IMG/VR virus record: IMGVR_UViG_3300027917_001949
Span: 32,001 to 96,000 of that record
DNA from: a virus
Strand: one strand, 5' to 3'
DNA length: 64,000 nucleotides
A model generated the notes under the pieces. That model searched no databases. It was given only the letters and a program-made list of their open reading frames with translations, and was not told where the DNA came from. Positions 1-10,856 of this stretch are shown in pieces. The translations under genes were made by a program, and so were the position numbers. Positions within the stretch are counted from its first letter, which is position 1; the number at the start of each line of letters is the position of its first letter.

Positions 1-1
1 C

Positions 2-334
2 GGTACTCCAAATACTGGTGGTGTAATTGCTGACAATGCTATATATAACCGTCATATTGCCGAGGATGCCGCAATTGATATTGAAAAGATTGACTACGCT
101 GATATAGCCTTGTCATTTCTTACGCTACTTGATACTCCTACGTCTTATGTCGGACAACATGACCAAGTCGCAACTGTTAATCCAGAAGAAAACGGTTTAA
201 TATTTAAACCAATTGATTATTTAGAGGGTGGGTATTTCACATCCAGTTACTCTGGTGCTGTTACCACGAACTTAACAGAGGTCGAAGCCGGTTCATTCAA
301 CGAAAACCTAATCCTTAACGGAGGAACTTTTTAA
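2..334 (+). CDS. Partial (5'-truncated) tail/structural protein
   Basis: Frame open from position 2; contains the FLTLLDTPTSYVGQ..VNPEENGLIF repeat also found in the next gene. Confidence 0.7.
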   Translation, partial: GTPNTGGVIADNAIYNRHIAEDAAIDIEKIDYADIALSFLTLLDTPTSYVGQHDQVATVNPEENGLIFKPIDYLEGGYFTSSYSGAVTTNLTEVEAGSFNENLILNGGTF

Positions 335-1956
335 TGCCTACTAAGATATATATTAGAAGAGGTACTGACACCGAGCGTCAAACTACCATCTTAGATGAAG
401 GAGAACCAGGATATACAACTGACACCAAGAAACTATATATTGGTGACGGAGTTACTTCTGGTGGTATTTTCGTTGGTGGTTCTGGTATTGGTATCGATAG
501 TCTTAACTCATTGATTGGGGATGTTACCGTAGTCGGTGGACAAGGTATTGTTGTTTCTGTCAGTGGTCAGAGTTTAGTAGTTGATGAAGAAGCCGGTGGT
601 TTAGACGTTGATTCTATTAATGGTTTAACTGGAGTGGTAACAATCTCTGGGACTGGACTTGTTACTGTTACATTATCTGGTCAGGACATTTTAGTCGGAG
701 CTACCGCATCATTCCTTGATTTAACTGACTCACCGTCAAGTTATAGTGGTGAGGGTGGTAAGATAGTCATCGTCAAAGCGACAGAGGATGGTCTAGAATT
801 TGGTACATCTGCAAGCGGACTTGTGTCATCTGTCAATACTCTTAATCAAGATATAACCATATCAGGTATTGGTGCTACAGTTGTATCAATCTCTGGTCAA
901 TATATCCTCATCCAAGGTGGTGGTGGAAGTTTTACTGATTTAGATGATGCACCATCCGATTATGCTGGTTATGGTAACCATATTTTAGCTGTTAATGCAG
1001 GTGAAAGTGCGCTAGAGTTTGTGAAAGCTGTTACTCTTAGACACGATTTGAGTAATGAAGATTATTCCGGTATCGTAACAAGTGGTATTGCAGGTCAAAC
1101 CCTCCTGTTTGGCGATGTTGTTCAATATACCAGTGGTAAATGGAGCAGAACAGATAATACGGCAGAAAGCACATCTATCGGTCAATTGGGATTAGTGGTG
1201 CAGAGTGGTTCGTTAGATGATGATATAACATTACTATTAATAGGATATGCGAGAGACGATACTTGGTCTTATAATGCTACCACAAGCGGTTTATGGTTAA
1301 GTACGACAGGGGCAATGACGGAGACAATCCCAGATACTCTTAATAGCATTGTTCGTCACGTAGGTTATGCAAAGAGTACCGGTGTGATTTGGTTTAACCC
1401 CGACGATATGTATATTGAGCTACTTGACACTCCGAGTGGTTATACCCAGTTCACAGTTCTCGAAGATACTCCTGATTCTTATGCTGGTCAGGAGAATAAG
1501 ATAGTGTCAGTTAATGCTGGTGGTACTGCTTTAGAATTTGCCACTAGCTTTATCATGACTAATTCTCTCAGTGGTGATGAAACATATGCTGGTATTGTTA
1601 CGAGTGGTGTTGCTTCAGAGACGTTAGCATTTGGTGACCTTGCTATGTATAACAATGACTCTAAGTGGATAAAAGCGGATAAATCAGAGGAGACTAAGGT
1701 TGATGGTCAAATAGGAGTTGTTGTTGTAAGTGGTGCAACCGATGAGAGTATTTCATTACTGCTCATGGGGTATGCTAGAGATAATGACTGGTCTTATGTA
1801 ACTGCCAGTTCAGTGTATGTAGGTACAAGTGGTGTTATGTCACAGACATTACCAACCACAAGTGGAGATTTTGTGCGTACGGTTGGTTATGCTATTTCTC
1901 CAAATATTATATTCTTTAATCCTGACAATAACATAATCGAATTAGGTACACCGTAA
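334..1956 (+). CDS. Tail fibre-like protein with Mtd_N/hyaluronidase-type N-terminus and internal repeats
   Basis: N-term IYIRRGT..LDEGEPGYTTDTKKLYIGDG; VxSxNxLxGxVT repeats; three FxxLxDxPxxYxG repeats; duplicated YxGIVTSG..FGD..FNPD domain. Confidence 0.7.
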   Translation: MPTKIYIRRGTDTERQTTILDEGEPGYTTDTKKLYIGDGVTSGGIFVGGSGIGIDSLNSLIGDVTVVGGQGIVVSVSGQSLVVDEEAGGLDVDSINGLTGVVTISGTGLVTVTLSGQDILVGATASFLDLTDSPSSYSGEGGKIVIVKATEDGLEFGTSASGLVSSVNTLNQDITISGIGATVVSISGQYILIQGGGGSFTDLDDAPSDYAGYGNHILAVNAGESALEFVKAVTLRHDLSNEDYSGIVTSGIAGQTLLFGDVVQYTSGKWSRTDNTAESTSIGQLGLVVQSGSLDDDITLLLIGYARDDTWSYNATTSGLWLSTTGAMTETIPDTLNSIVRHVGYAKSTGVIWFNPDDMYIELLDTPSGYTQFTVLEDTPDSYAGQENKIVSVNAGGTALEFATSFIMTNSLSGDETYAGIVTSGVASETLAFGDLAMYNNDSKWIKADKSEETKVDGQIGVVVVSGATDESISLLLMGYARDNDWSYVTASSVYVGTSGVMSQTLPTTSGDFVRTVGYAISPNIIFFNPDNNIIELGTP

Positions 1957-1967
1957 AGAGGTAAAAT

Positions 1968-3734
1968 ATGGCGACTCGTTATGAATATTACAACACAGGA
2001 GACATTGGTGGTCAGGTCGTATATGGTATATACTGGCGTGGGCAGACATTTACCCCACAGATTACTCATGAATTAACCTCAGTTAAAATAAAGTGGTATC
2101 AGTATGGTACAGTTTCTCCTTATACGATTACTGTACGTATACGAGAAGCAAGTGCTGGACTTCCTATCGGAGCAGACTTAGATTCCGCTGAAGTTGACCC
2201 AACCACACTTCCAAGTACTCCAGGAGATTGGGATGAAATAAGTCTTACTGGTGGTATAACGTTACAGGCTGGTACTCAATATGCTATAATCCTCTCTCTT
2301 TCAGGTGGAGATGGTTCAAATTGTATTGTCTGGAGATATGACACAGCTTCTCCAACATACACTGGTGGAACATACGTGTCGTCTTCAAATTCCGGTTCAT
2401 CTTGGTCACAAACATCTACCCTTGATAATATGTTTGAGGAATGGGGAAATCTTGTAACTATTGGTTCAAGTACCTTTTCTGTTCAACCTACTGGTTGTAA
2501 TTTACAGTATCGCAAACCTGTTAAGATGACACTCAGTGAGACGGGGGACAGCGACTATTCTGTAAAGATTGTTGCATATAAAAGTACGGGTTCGGATAGT
2601 GGTGAAGACGTTTACCTTGGTGAAAATGTTGAGGATACGTTTAATGACATTAGGTTTACTAAAGGAGATGGCGTAACACTAATACCTTGCTGGAAAGAAT
2701 CAGGGGAACTGTCTTCCGGTGTATCATGCCCATATTGGGTAAAAGCACCGAAGATAGGTCACTCTGCCCTGACAGATTATTCTGGTGTCGGTACTGAGTT
2801 CGACGTTACGGACGGTTCTCTGTTCGCAATTAATGACTGGGTAATCGTGTACGATGACCAATATCCAGAAGGCGAAATTCACCAGATAGCTGGTGTTTCT
2901 AGCAACACTATTACGCTTAAGACTAACCTATCGATTTCGTACTCTTCAACCCAAAATGCGGTGTGTGCACATGTAATATTCTTGTACTACTGTGACTCTT
3001 CATTAAGTGACCCATCAGATGGTGAGAATACATTCATTGTCTTTGATAGCTTTGATAGAGGTAATGATGGTGACGAAGTTGGTGGTAGTTGGACAGAAGA
3101 GCAAGGACAAGTTGAAATATCGACTGAACAATCATTTAGTAGCTCTAGGTCAATGAAATTGGTGGGTGACACTACAATGCCTATAGCTAGTATTGATGTT
3201 ACTCCGTCTGATAATATTGCTCTAAGGTGGAGGTTGTATAAGCTTAACGTTACCGCAGCGCACCAAATATCTCACACCAAAGTAAATGATTTAATGTCTG
3301 TTTATGTAGATGCCGATGAAAATGTAAAGTATCTCGATGGTTCTTGGATAGATACTGGTAGTAACATAACTGCCGATGCGTGGCAACTAATGGAGATAAA
3401 TGACTTTGACTGGACAGCTTTTACATATGATATTTATCTGAATGGGTCTAGAATTCAAGATGATGCTACAGTTTACGAAGATTATGGAACAGAAAGTGCA
3501 GACGAAGTCCATTTTAGGGGTCATACCGTATCTGGGCATGACTCTTATGTAGATGACTTTATTGTTCGTAAGTGGTTATCAACAGAACCAACCCCCGACT
3601 GGGGTAGTGAGCAATCATACGACGAACCTGCTGGTGGTGGATTTGTTAATTTGCATAATCTCCCTAACATAAAACGTGTTGGTGGGGTTAATTATAGTTT
3701 AATTAAAAAAGTAAACGGAGTACCAAGGAGTTAA
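1968..3734 (+). CDS. DUF2341-like virion/adhesin protein with lectin-like domains
   Basis: FNDIRFTKGDGVTLIPCWKE..YWVK..YY..SDGENTFIVFDSFD. Confidence 0.6.
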   Translation: MATRYEYYNTGDIGGQVVYGIYWRGQTFTPQITHELTSVKIKWYQYGTVSPYTITVRIREASAGLPIGADLDSAEVDPTTLPSTPGDWDEISLTGGITLQAGTQYAIILSLSGGDGSNCIVWRYDTASPTYTGGTYVSSSNSGSSWSQTSTLDNMFEEWGNLVTIGSSTFSVQPTGCNLQYRKPVKMTLSETGDSDYSVKIVAYKSTGSDSGEDVYLGENVEDTFNDIRFTKGDGVTLIPCWKESGELSSGVSCPYWVKAPKIGHSALTDYSGVGTEFDVTDGSLFAINDWVIVYDDQYPEGEIHQIAGVSSNTITLKTNLSISYSSTQNAVCAHVIFLYYCDSSLSDPSDGENTFIVFDSFDRGNDGDEVGGSWTEEQGQVEISTEQSFSSSRSMKLVGDTTMPIASIDVTPSDNIALRWRLYKLNVTAAHQISHTKVNDLMSVYVDADENVKYLDGSWIDTGSNITADAWQLMEINDFDWTAFTYDIYLNGSRIQDDATVYEDYGTESADEVHFRGHTVSGHDSYVDDFIVRKWLSTEPTPDWGSEQSYDEPAGGGFVNLHNLPNIKRVGGVNYSLIKKVNGVPRS

Positions 3735-3736
3735 AT

Positions 3737-6040
3737 ATGTCAGAAAGAGTTCTATATGCTGCAAGTGCCGATACTGACTTGAAGAAACTGCATGCCGTAT
3801 ATTCATTGGTTAATGAGATACTTAAAAATAGAAACGACGTAGCTGCTACGGCAAAGACCGACGTAGAACGTTATATGCATACCGGTAAGTTCTACAATTA
3901 CAATAAGAAAGCTACGAAAAATCTCAAGCAGTTACTGTATGAACAGAATACACTTAAAGACAAAATTATTGCGGCTAACTACTCTGATGAGGAGTGGAAA
4001 GAACTTAGCGTAGATGAACAGTTGGTCATCGAGCGTAATCTTTTTGGTGACAAATTAGTGGAGAGAGAAAAACCAACGACATCAACATCACCGTTACTCG
4101 ACAACGTTCGCTCACTTAAACTAGACGGGATGGATGAGGTTGAGTTGGTTGACCCTACTGAGAATCTGTTACAGTATATCGAAGTTGATACTGGTGGTGA
4201 TTTCTCTATAACTGCTAACCAAATAACTGTCAGTACGATGGACAAAAACTATAAGGCGTACGTCTATAAGGATTTTGGTCCTGGGTTCTTTAATGGTGAT
4301 TTTTATCACAAATTTATATTTAACATGACTGCTTCATCTGGTTCGTATGTAGAGCTACCGTTGTGGGGAATGAAGAATATAATTGGTGACATGTCTGATT
4401 TAAGAAGTCAAAGTGAGAACGGTTACACCTTTGAGACTGATTGGAATATCCCTGTCGCTATTAATCAATTAAGACTTTACAGAACTAGTTCAGGTTCTGA
4501 GAGTGCTGATTCGTACACCACTGCTCAACCACTAAATACTGAATATTATGTCGAAATTGAGCGTGATGAAAGTATCGGTACTTATGGAGCTATTTATTGT
4601 TACTTCTGTAGAGATGACTACTACTCAGAAGGTGGTACACCGGATGACACTCTAAGCAGAAGTGAAGTTGCTAAAATAGATTTTCGTTATTTCTATGTCG
4701 CCCAAACTAACTATTACAACCAAACAGCGAGAGATGCAAGCGGATACGGCAATTCGTATGACTTGGGTTGGACTGCCCCTGCTCCTAATTCGTTTTCCGT
4801 GAGACCGGCTGGTACAGAATGTCAGTATCGTATGAGTATTCCATTACGTAAAACAACTGTTAATACTGGTTATCCTACTTTATTTACAGTTTTAAAGTCA
4901 GGTGCTCCAAGTTCACAACAAGCCATATGTCTTGCAGAAGTAGAAGATGACTTCAGAGATATTGTGTTTGCCAAAGGTGACGGTACAACAATTGTTCCAC
5001 ATTGGAAGGATTTGGGGTATTACTCGGAGGGGGAGTACGTTGATGTGTGGGTTAACCTACATAAAGCCGGTCATTCTTCATTGACTAGTGATTCAGGAAC
5101 TGGCACAGTTATTGTTTCTGATGGTAGCAAGTTTGAAGAAGGTGACTACATTGTTGTGGCAGATGATACTAACCCACAAGGTGAGGTGGTTCGTATCATT
5201 GGTATCTCTACCAATACACTTACTGTAACCCCTAGTCTGTCTAACACGTATACTACAGCAGAGAATGCCGTCGCTAGCCACATGATTTACGTGTACTACG
5301 GTGACCCTGCTATGACTGACCAGTCAAATGGTGACGATACGTGGGAATTCTTTGATGACTTCGAAGATGGTACGACTGATAAGTGGTCAGTTTATAATAC
5401 AGAGTATGGTTCGTTTGACGTTGATGCGGCATACGCTAAAGCCGGTAATTACGGTTTGAGGATATACGATACTAGTACTGGTGGTACACCGTATATGCGT
5501 GCACTTGGAATGGCAGCAGAAGGAAAACGAGTTAAGTTCTGGCATAAACCAATGCACGAAACTAATGAAAACTATCTGTTCTGGTACAACTCGCTTGACG
5601 GTGACCGTTGTTATCTGTTTCAATATTTTGGTCAGTATGCTTACTATACTACGGGTGTAAACTATTTGTATAATTATACCGCTGGTAATTGGTATCATAT
5701 TGAGATATTAGCTAGGTCAGGTAATGCAACGTGGCAATTTTTTATGAACAAAATCCAGTACGGTGGCACAATCGCTATGTATGCTGGAAGCTCAAGTAGT
5801 GACTACCTACACTTTGGTTACAACACTACCCAGACAAATTATTATGATTATTATGATTCGGTTTGTATTGGTAAGTTTGATTACGGTGACGAACCTTATG
5901 CTGGAGTGTACGGGTACGAGCAGTCATATGTACCAAGCGGGGCAGCAAATAAGATTAATCGTATTTCAGTGACTAGTATAAAGAAAATGAGTAAAGTCAA
6001 TAGAGCAAACATCTTGAAATTTAACAAAATAAGCGTCTAA
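3737..6040 (+). CDS. DUF2341-like virion/adhesin protein, paralog of the preceding gene
   Basis: DFRDIVFAKGDGTTIVPHWK..VWVN..YVYYGDP..SNGDDTWEFFDDFEDG. Confidence 0.6.
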   Translation: MSERVLYAASADTDLKKLHAVYSLVNEILKNRNDVAATAKTDVERYMHTGKFYNYNKKATKNLKQLLYEQNTLKDKIIAANYSDEEWKELSVDEQLVIERNLFGDKLVEREKPTTSTSPLLDNVRSLKLDGMDEVELVDPTENLLQYIEVDTGGDFSITANQITVSTMDKNYKAYVYKDFGPGFFNGDFYHKFIFNMTASSGSYVELPLWGMKNIIGDMSDLRSQSENGYTFETDWNIPVAINQLRLYRTSSGSESADSYTTAQPLNTEYYVEIERDESIGTYGAIYCYFCRDDYYSEGGTPDDTLSRSEVAKIDFRYFYVAQTNYYNQTARDASGYGNSYDLGWTAPAPNSFSVRPAGTECQYRMSIPLRKTTVNTGYPTLFTVLKSGAPSSQQAICLAEVEDDFRDIVFAKGDGTTIVPHWKDLGYYSEGEYVDVWVNLHKAGHSSLTSDSGTGTVIVSDGSKFEEGDYIVVADDTNPQGEVVRIIGISTNTLTVTPSLSNTYTTAENAVASHMIYVYYGDPAMTDQSNGDDTWEFFDDFEDGTTDKWSVYNTEYGSFDVDAAYAKAGNYGLRIYDTSTGGTPYMRALGMAAEGKRVKFWHKPMHETNENYLFWYNSLDGDRCYLFQYFGQYAYYTTGVNYLYNYTAGNWYHIEILARSGNATWQFFMNKIQYGGTIAMYAGSSSSDYLHFGYNTTQTNYYDYYDSVCIGKFDYGDEPYAGVYGYEQSYVPSGAANKINRISVTSIKKMSKVNRANILKFNKISV

Positions 6041-6042
6041 AC

Positions 6043-6071
6043 TTGACTTGTGGCAAATAGTGTGGTATAAT
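6043..6071 (+). promoter_or_regulatory. Sigma70-type promoter with extended -10
   Basis: TTGACT-17nt-TATAAT with TG upstream of -10. Confidence 0.75.
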
Positions 6072-6091
6072 AGATATAGGGGTGGAAAATA

Positions 6092-6406
6092 ATGTTGAGG
6101 TTGATGGGAACAATGGCTAGACAAAGTGAAATCGTTAGTATTGTGGAGTTGACACCTGATGAAGTTGTAGCAAAAGTTAATGCAGCAACATCACAAATCA
6201 TTAGGGATGATGCTATTGACGCTCAGTGCGTTTCTGGGTGGGATAATGTCATCATTGAAATCAGGGATGCCTGGAAAGGTAAACCAATTAACCAACGTGG
6301 TGTTATATTTACTGAACCACCAGTTGGTGGTTTCCGTGTCGTCTCTATTCAGAAGAAGGATGATGGTGACTATGAGTTTGATTATGATGATGACCCTGTA
6401 ACATAG
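6092..6406 (+). CDS. Hypothetical protein (start possibly 6113)
   Basis: ORF downstream of promoter. Confidence 0.6.
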   Translation: MLRLMGTMARQSEIVSIVELTPDEVVAKVNAATSQIIRDDAIDAQCVSGWDNVIIEIRDAWKGKPINQRGVIFTEPPVGGFRVVSIQKKDDGDYEFDYDDDPVT

Positions 6407-6417
6407 TAACTGTCTGA

Positions 6418-6897
6418 GTGGCGGATATGGTGAGGGATATAGATAATAACAATATCCCCGAAGATGCTGGTAGCCACAAGGTTGCTGTTCCATTCATTTT
6501 CAACCCAGAAGCAGGTGAATTTTATCCTGATAACAGAGATTCGTACTCAGCCGAGCCACAAACTCATAGGGAAAATGTGACGGCGGTTGATACAAGCGAA
6601 CCTGACGTTTCAAGTGGGATTACCTGCAAAGGGTTTAGGCGTTGTCGATTTGACATCGCTGTTACCGGTTCAAATATTACAACTTTGAAAGTTAAATTGT
6701 TACGTTGGAACACAAAAGCAGCGACGTGGTTTCCTAGCGGGGTAAGCGTAAAACTTAATGATGCCGAAGGTTTCTTGGCATCTGGAGGCAAAGTATCATT
6801 GCTAGAAGACGAAGCGTTTGGGGCTACGATATTTTTAGCAGTATCGGAATTTGTTGGGGATGCGTTTGCCATGAATATTTACTACATATTATGCTAG
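6418..6897 (+). CDS. Hypothetical protein
   Basis: 159-aa ORF in co-directional cluster. Confidence 0.6.
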   Translation: MADMVRDIDNNNIPEDAGSHKVAVPFIFNPEAGEFYPDNRDSYSAEPQTHRENVTAVDTSEPDVSSGITCKGFRRCRFDIAVTGSNITTLKVKLLRWNTKAATWFPSGVSVKLNDAEGFLASGGKVSLLEDEAFGATIFLAVSEFVGDAFAMNIYYILC

Positions 6898-6900
6898 GGC

Positions 6901-6929
6901 TTGACTTGAGCCACTTTGTATGGTATAAT
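6901..6929 (+). promoter_or_regulatory. Sigma70-type promoter
   Basis: TTGACT-17-TATAAT with TG. Confidence 0.75.
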
Positions 6930-6988
6930 ATAATTGTAAGGGTGAGGTAAGGAGAAGACAACCAATATACTTTGCCACGACTTGAGGC

Positions 6989-7017
6989 TTGACTTCAGCC
7001 ATTTCATGTGGTATAAT
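6989..7017 (+). promoter_or_regulatory. Sigma70-type promoter (tandem, replication operon)
   Basis: TTGACT-17-TATAAT with TG. Confidence 0.75.
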
Positions 7018-7049
7018 AAAGTAGAAAATAAAAAAAGGAAGGTCTGATA

Positions 7050-7802
7050 ATGAGTGATTTTGGCAAAACTTTAGAAGAAAGTAATAAAAAGGGGGGCAAG
7101 ACAAGATACGGTTCTGATTTCATCAAAATTAATAGCGACCATCCAAGTGTGATTCGTGTTCTCGACGCAAAACCAGAGACAAGTTGGTCACACTTTGTAC
7201 CAAAGGGACATCACGCTTTTCCGCAAGCTAACGCAGGAAAGGGGATGTCTTTTATGTGCCCTGGATGGGATGACTGTCCTATTTGCGCTTATAACAGAGC
7301 ACAGAAAGAACAAGACCCGAAGACTAAGGATACTTTGAACGCTCGAAGAGTGTATACGTTCAACGTTCTAGACAGAACTCCTGTTGTCGTATGTCCTAGC
7401 TGTGAAGCTGAGTATTATGAGAACGGTGGTAGCTATCCTAGCGAATGTGAATGCGGTGCCGAACTAGCAAATGTTGACCCAACTCCACGTAACAGGGTTC
7501 AAATTATGCAGAAAGGCAAGAGAATCATCGAACAGTTCAAGTCATTCGAGGAAGAACCAGAGCTTGGTAATCTAAGGGACTATGACATCAAACTTACTAC
7601 CAGTGGTAAGGGTAGTGAGACTATGACTACTTGTGTCCCTAAGCAGAAAACCAAGATTGACTATGACGTTATTTTTGGTGAGAATTGGGAAGAAGAGCAG
7701 CTATATGATTGTGCAGCAATTGTTAAACCTCTTCCTGTGGAAGCAGTAAATAGAATTCTAAATGGGGAAGACTATTACACAGTTCTAAAGAAAGACGACT
7801 AG
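7050..7802 (+). CDS. Putative ssDNA-binding protein (gp32-like, Zn-binding)
   Basis: Heads the replication operon; IRVL..HF..C..CPIC..YTFNVLDR..YDIKLT pattern. Confidence 0.55.
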   Translation: MSDFGKTLEESNKKGGKTRYGSDFIKINSDHPSVIRVLDAKPETSWSHFVPKGHHAFPQANAGKGMSFMCPGWDDCPICAYNRAQKEQDPKTKDTLNARRVYTFNVLDRTPVVVCPSCEAEYYENGGSYPSECECGAELANVDPTPRNRVQIMQKGKRIIEQFKSFEEEPELGNLRDYDIKLTTSGKGSETMTTCVPKQKTKIDYDVIFGENWEEEQLYDCAAIVKPLPVEAVNRILNGEDYYTVLKKDD

Positions 7803-7803
7803 T

Positions 7804-8322
7804 ATGGCGAAGAGCGACATTCTCGATAATGACCAGAATCTTACATGGTTGTGGGAACAGGTTAAATCTTCTGATGACTGGAATTCGTTACCAACTAAAG
7901 AACGTATCACATTAATGAAGCGTCTCCAAAGAGCGTTTGGTACGATTACTGAGGGTGGACAAATATCGATAGAACAGATACAGGATTTGATAATTTTAAC
8001 CAGTCCCACTATCGTGTGGGATGCCATGTTAAAGCTAAATCTACAAACCATTCAACATATGAACAAGTACGAGTTGTATTTTTACTTCCGAGCAGTGGTA
8101 GTAGGTACATGGAAAGATAGTCATCCCACTCAACAACCAATCTTGCAGAAACCCATAAAGAAACGAGATTTTATCCCCGCTTCGTGGGTGACTGCTATGA
8201 AATATGACTCTCGTAATGTAAAGGTCAAAAGGTGTGTGGTGTGTGGTGGAAAGTTAAGGAGCGACAATACCACAGGTTATTGTCGAGAATGTCAGCGAAA
8301 TGGACAGTGCAGTGGATATTAG
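7804..8322 (+). CDS. Hypothetical protein with C-terminal Zn finger
   Basis: CVVCG..DNTTGYCREC. Confidence 0.6.
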   Translation: MAKSDILDNDQNLTWLWEQVKSSDDWNSLPTKERITLMKRLQRAFGTITEGGQISIEQIQDLIILTSPTIVWDAMLKLNLQTIQHMNKYELYFYFRAVVVGTWKDSHPTQQPILQKPIKKRDFIPASWVTAMKYDSRNVKVKRCVVCGGKLRSDNTTGYCRECQRNGQCSGY

Positions 8323-9304
8323 TATTGCAATGGTTGAGGATTTAACGATTCGTCAACGCAGGTCGGACGAGATTTTAGGGGTATGCCCTGTGTGCGGTTG
8401 TGACGACGCTAATTTCAATACAACAAAACTTAAATGGAGATGTTGGCATTGTCCTGCTAAGGGTAATATAACACCGGAAGAAGGTTACGTATTTCAGGAA
8501 GTTGAAGAGAAACAGATTGATATAACTAAAGTTAGAGAACTGTATACATCTATTGCTAACCAATATCATGATGACATAACTGATGAAGCTGTTGACTACC
8601 TGAAAAATAGGGGTCTTACACAGGACACCATTGATAAATTTAAGTTGGGGTTCTGTTCTACAAGATTCTATTCCGAGTATGATACAGACATATCTGAGGA
8701 CTCGGGTATTGTCTATAATAATCATCCAGCATTAACTAACAGAATTACTATTCCCTACATTGTGAACGGGGAAACAACGGATATACGTGGTAGGACATTA
8801 AGTACCTTAACGTATAAACCAAATACTCCAACGTACCTGAGCTTGTCCGGTAATCACAAGATGCGTGGAGCGACTTACTTATTTAATCATGATGTTATTG
8901 ACCATTATGATAGAGTAATCATTACCGAGGGAGAGTTTAAAGCCATTGTCGGTTACCAGTTTGACTTTCCCGTAGTTGCTACTCCAGGAATATTTGGATG
9001 GCAGAAAGAGTGGTCAGAGTTGCTAACAGATAAGGAAGTCATCCTTGCAGCAGACTTTGATAGGCGATATGGGGCACGTGCACCTGTATACATGATGGCA
9101 AAATCGTTGAAAGACGAAATACCACAATTAAAAATCGCACAATTATCTTACGCATCTGATGTAATAGATGGTAAGATAGACATTGATTCATTACTGGTTA
9201 ACGGTAGTATCAGTAGGTTCAGGTTAGCGATTAGAGCTGCCGTACCAGTAAACGAGTGGCTTGAGATAGCAAAAAGGAGATGGGATGGCAGACGACACGA
9301 CTAA
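8300..9304 (+). CDS. DNA primase (Zn finger + TOPRIM)
   Basis: CPVC..CWHC, YLKNRGL, RITIP, IITEGEFKA, AADFD. Confidence 0.85.
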   Translation: MDSAVDISIAMVEDLTIRQRRSDEILGVCPVCGCDDANFNTTKLKWRCWHCPAKGNITPEEGYVFQEVEEKQIDITKVRELYTSIANQYHDDITDEAVDYLKNRGLTQDTIDKFKLGFCSTRFYSEYDTDISEDSGIVYNNHPALTNRITIPYIVNGETTDIRGRTLSTLTYKPNTPTYLSLSGNHKMRGATYLFNHDVIDHYDRVIITEGEFKAIVGYQFDFPVVATPGIFGWQKEWSELLTDKEVILAADFDRRYGARAPVYMMAKSLKDEIPQLKIAQLSYASDVIDGKIDIDSLLVNGSISRFRLAIRAAVPVNEWLEIAKRRWDGRRHD

Positions 9305-10856
9305 AACCATTGATGATGCGGATTTGTTGACTGAAGATGAAGATGACTTGTTTGATACGATGTTCAACGAGTCACCAGATACGGTAATGACTGCCGATGA
9401 TACAGAGCTAACGGTCAAGAAAGACCTTGCAGAGGAAGCAGTCTTATCAATGATGATGCATGATGACGAGATAGCTGAATATATCATTACTCAGAGCGGT
9501 ATCACGGCTGACCATTTCTTAAAACGTAAAAATCGTTTACTGTATCCGGTCATATTATCAGTACGTTACAGCAAGGGTGCGTCTACTCTTGACTTTATTG
9601 AAGAAGCTATTGAGAGCGAGACATTACCGGACGGTAAATCGCTTATTGACCACATTGGTGGGTGGAAAGAACTTGGTATAATCGAAGAAGCTACTCCAAC
9701 GGTGTTGGATTTTAGGGTAGCTGAGGGTTATGTTAATATTGTCAAAAACCGGTATCGACTAACCAAAATGAAGGAAAAAGCTAATTGGTTGGTAGCTCAA
9801 AACAAGTTTGATGACCTTAAGTTTAGTGAGGTATTGTCGGAGTTACAGAGTATTGTTGCAGAGACCACGAGTGAACGTGGGCTTGTTCCAGTCGATGTTC
9901 TGTCTACTGAGATGTATGCTAGATACATAGACCGTAAAGAGAATCCAGAAAAATATAAACCAATACCGACTGGGTTTTATTTTATGGACTTGTTTCGTAC
10001 AATACAGAGAAAATGTCTTGCTGTTTTCGGTGCAAACACTAACGTAGGTAAAACTATCATTATCGGTAACATGATTACACCCATGATGTTGAGTGGTTAT
10101 AAGGTAGTACTGTTTACACCAGAAGTTGACAATCTTGAATTTATGGACAGAATCGTATGTGCTGAAGCTGGTGTTCCGCTCGATGATTGGAAAGACGGTA
10201 TAATTAGTGAGGGTGACAACCATAAGATTGGGATAGTCAAGAATAAATTTATTGCCCATGCTAACAATTTGTTCATTGATGACAAGGGTTCTCAGACGAC
10301 GAGCTATATTTTGAATAGTCTGAGGAGACACATGATTAGTCATAAAGTTGACGTTGTGGTCGTTGATTACTTACAAGGTCTTACTCCTGAAGCTTCCGGT
10401 AGACGTGATGATAGACGACAACAGGTTAACGATGCAATGACCAGATTCAGAGCGTTTGCAAAGGAAAATGATATTGCTTTTATTGTAGTTAGTCAGCTAC
10501 GACGTAGCCGTGATGAAGAACCTCAAATACAGGATTTGAAGGAGAGTGGTGATATTGAGAACATTGCCGACGCAGTAGTTCTTATACATCGATTTAGTGA
10601 GACCAATCCAATTGACCGGAAAAAGGGATGGTATAAGATAGTTAAGAATCGACATGGTAGGAAATCGAACACCGTTCTTTTGGACTATGATGAGGATATT
10701 TTGAAATTCACGGAAGTACCACCGGACACGTCAAGTGTTGAAGATTATAGCACAGATGTCGAAGAACAGGGTCATGATGATGTAGCTGATGACGAGCAAT
10801 CAGGTTTTGGTGATACGTTAGATACGTTTAAGAAGGAGAAACATGTCAGTTCGTAA
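9285..10856 (+). CDS. dnaB: Replicative DNA helicase, DnaB family
   Basis: GANTNVGKT, VVVDYLQ, SQLRR, DLKESGDIENIAD, KNRHG. Confidence 0.9.
   Translation: MADDTTKTIDDADLLTEDEDDLFDTMFNESPDTVMTADDTELTVKKDLAEEAVLSMMMHDDEIAEYIITQSGITADHFLKRKNRLLYPVILSVRYSKGASTLDFIEEAIESETLPDGKSLIDHIGGWKELGIIEEATPTVLDFRVAEGYVNIVKNRYRLTKMKEKANWLVAQNKFDDLKFSEVLSELQSIVAETTSERGLVPVDVLSTEMYARYIDRKENPEKYKPIPTGFYFMDLFRTIQRKCLAVFGANTNVGKTIIIGNMITPMMLSGYKVVLFTPEVDNLEFMDRIVCAEAGVPLDDWKDGIISEGDNHKIGIVKNKFIAHANNLFIDDKGSQTTSYILNSLRRHMISHKVDVVVVDYLQGLTPEASGRRDDRRQQVNDAMTRFRAFAKENDIAFIVVSQLRRSRDEEPQIQDLKESGDIENIADAVVLIHRFSETNPIDRKKGWYKIVKNRHGRKSNTVLLDYDEDILKFTEVPPDTSSVEDYSTDVEEQGHDDVADDEQSGFGDTLDTFKKEKHVSS

Noticed and set aside
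334-6040. Diversity-generating retroelement suggested by the Mtd_N-like start and Tyr/Asn-rich C-terminus
   Set aside because: No reverse transcriptase and no TR/VR repeat pair differing at adenines seen in the window.
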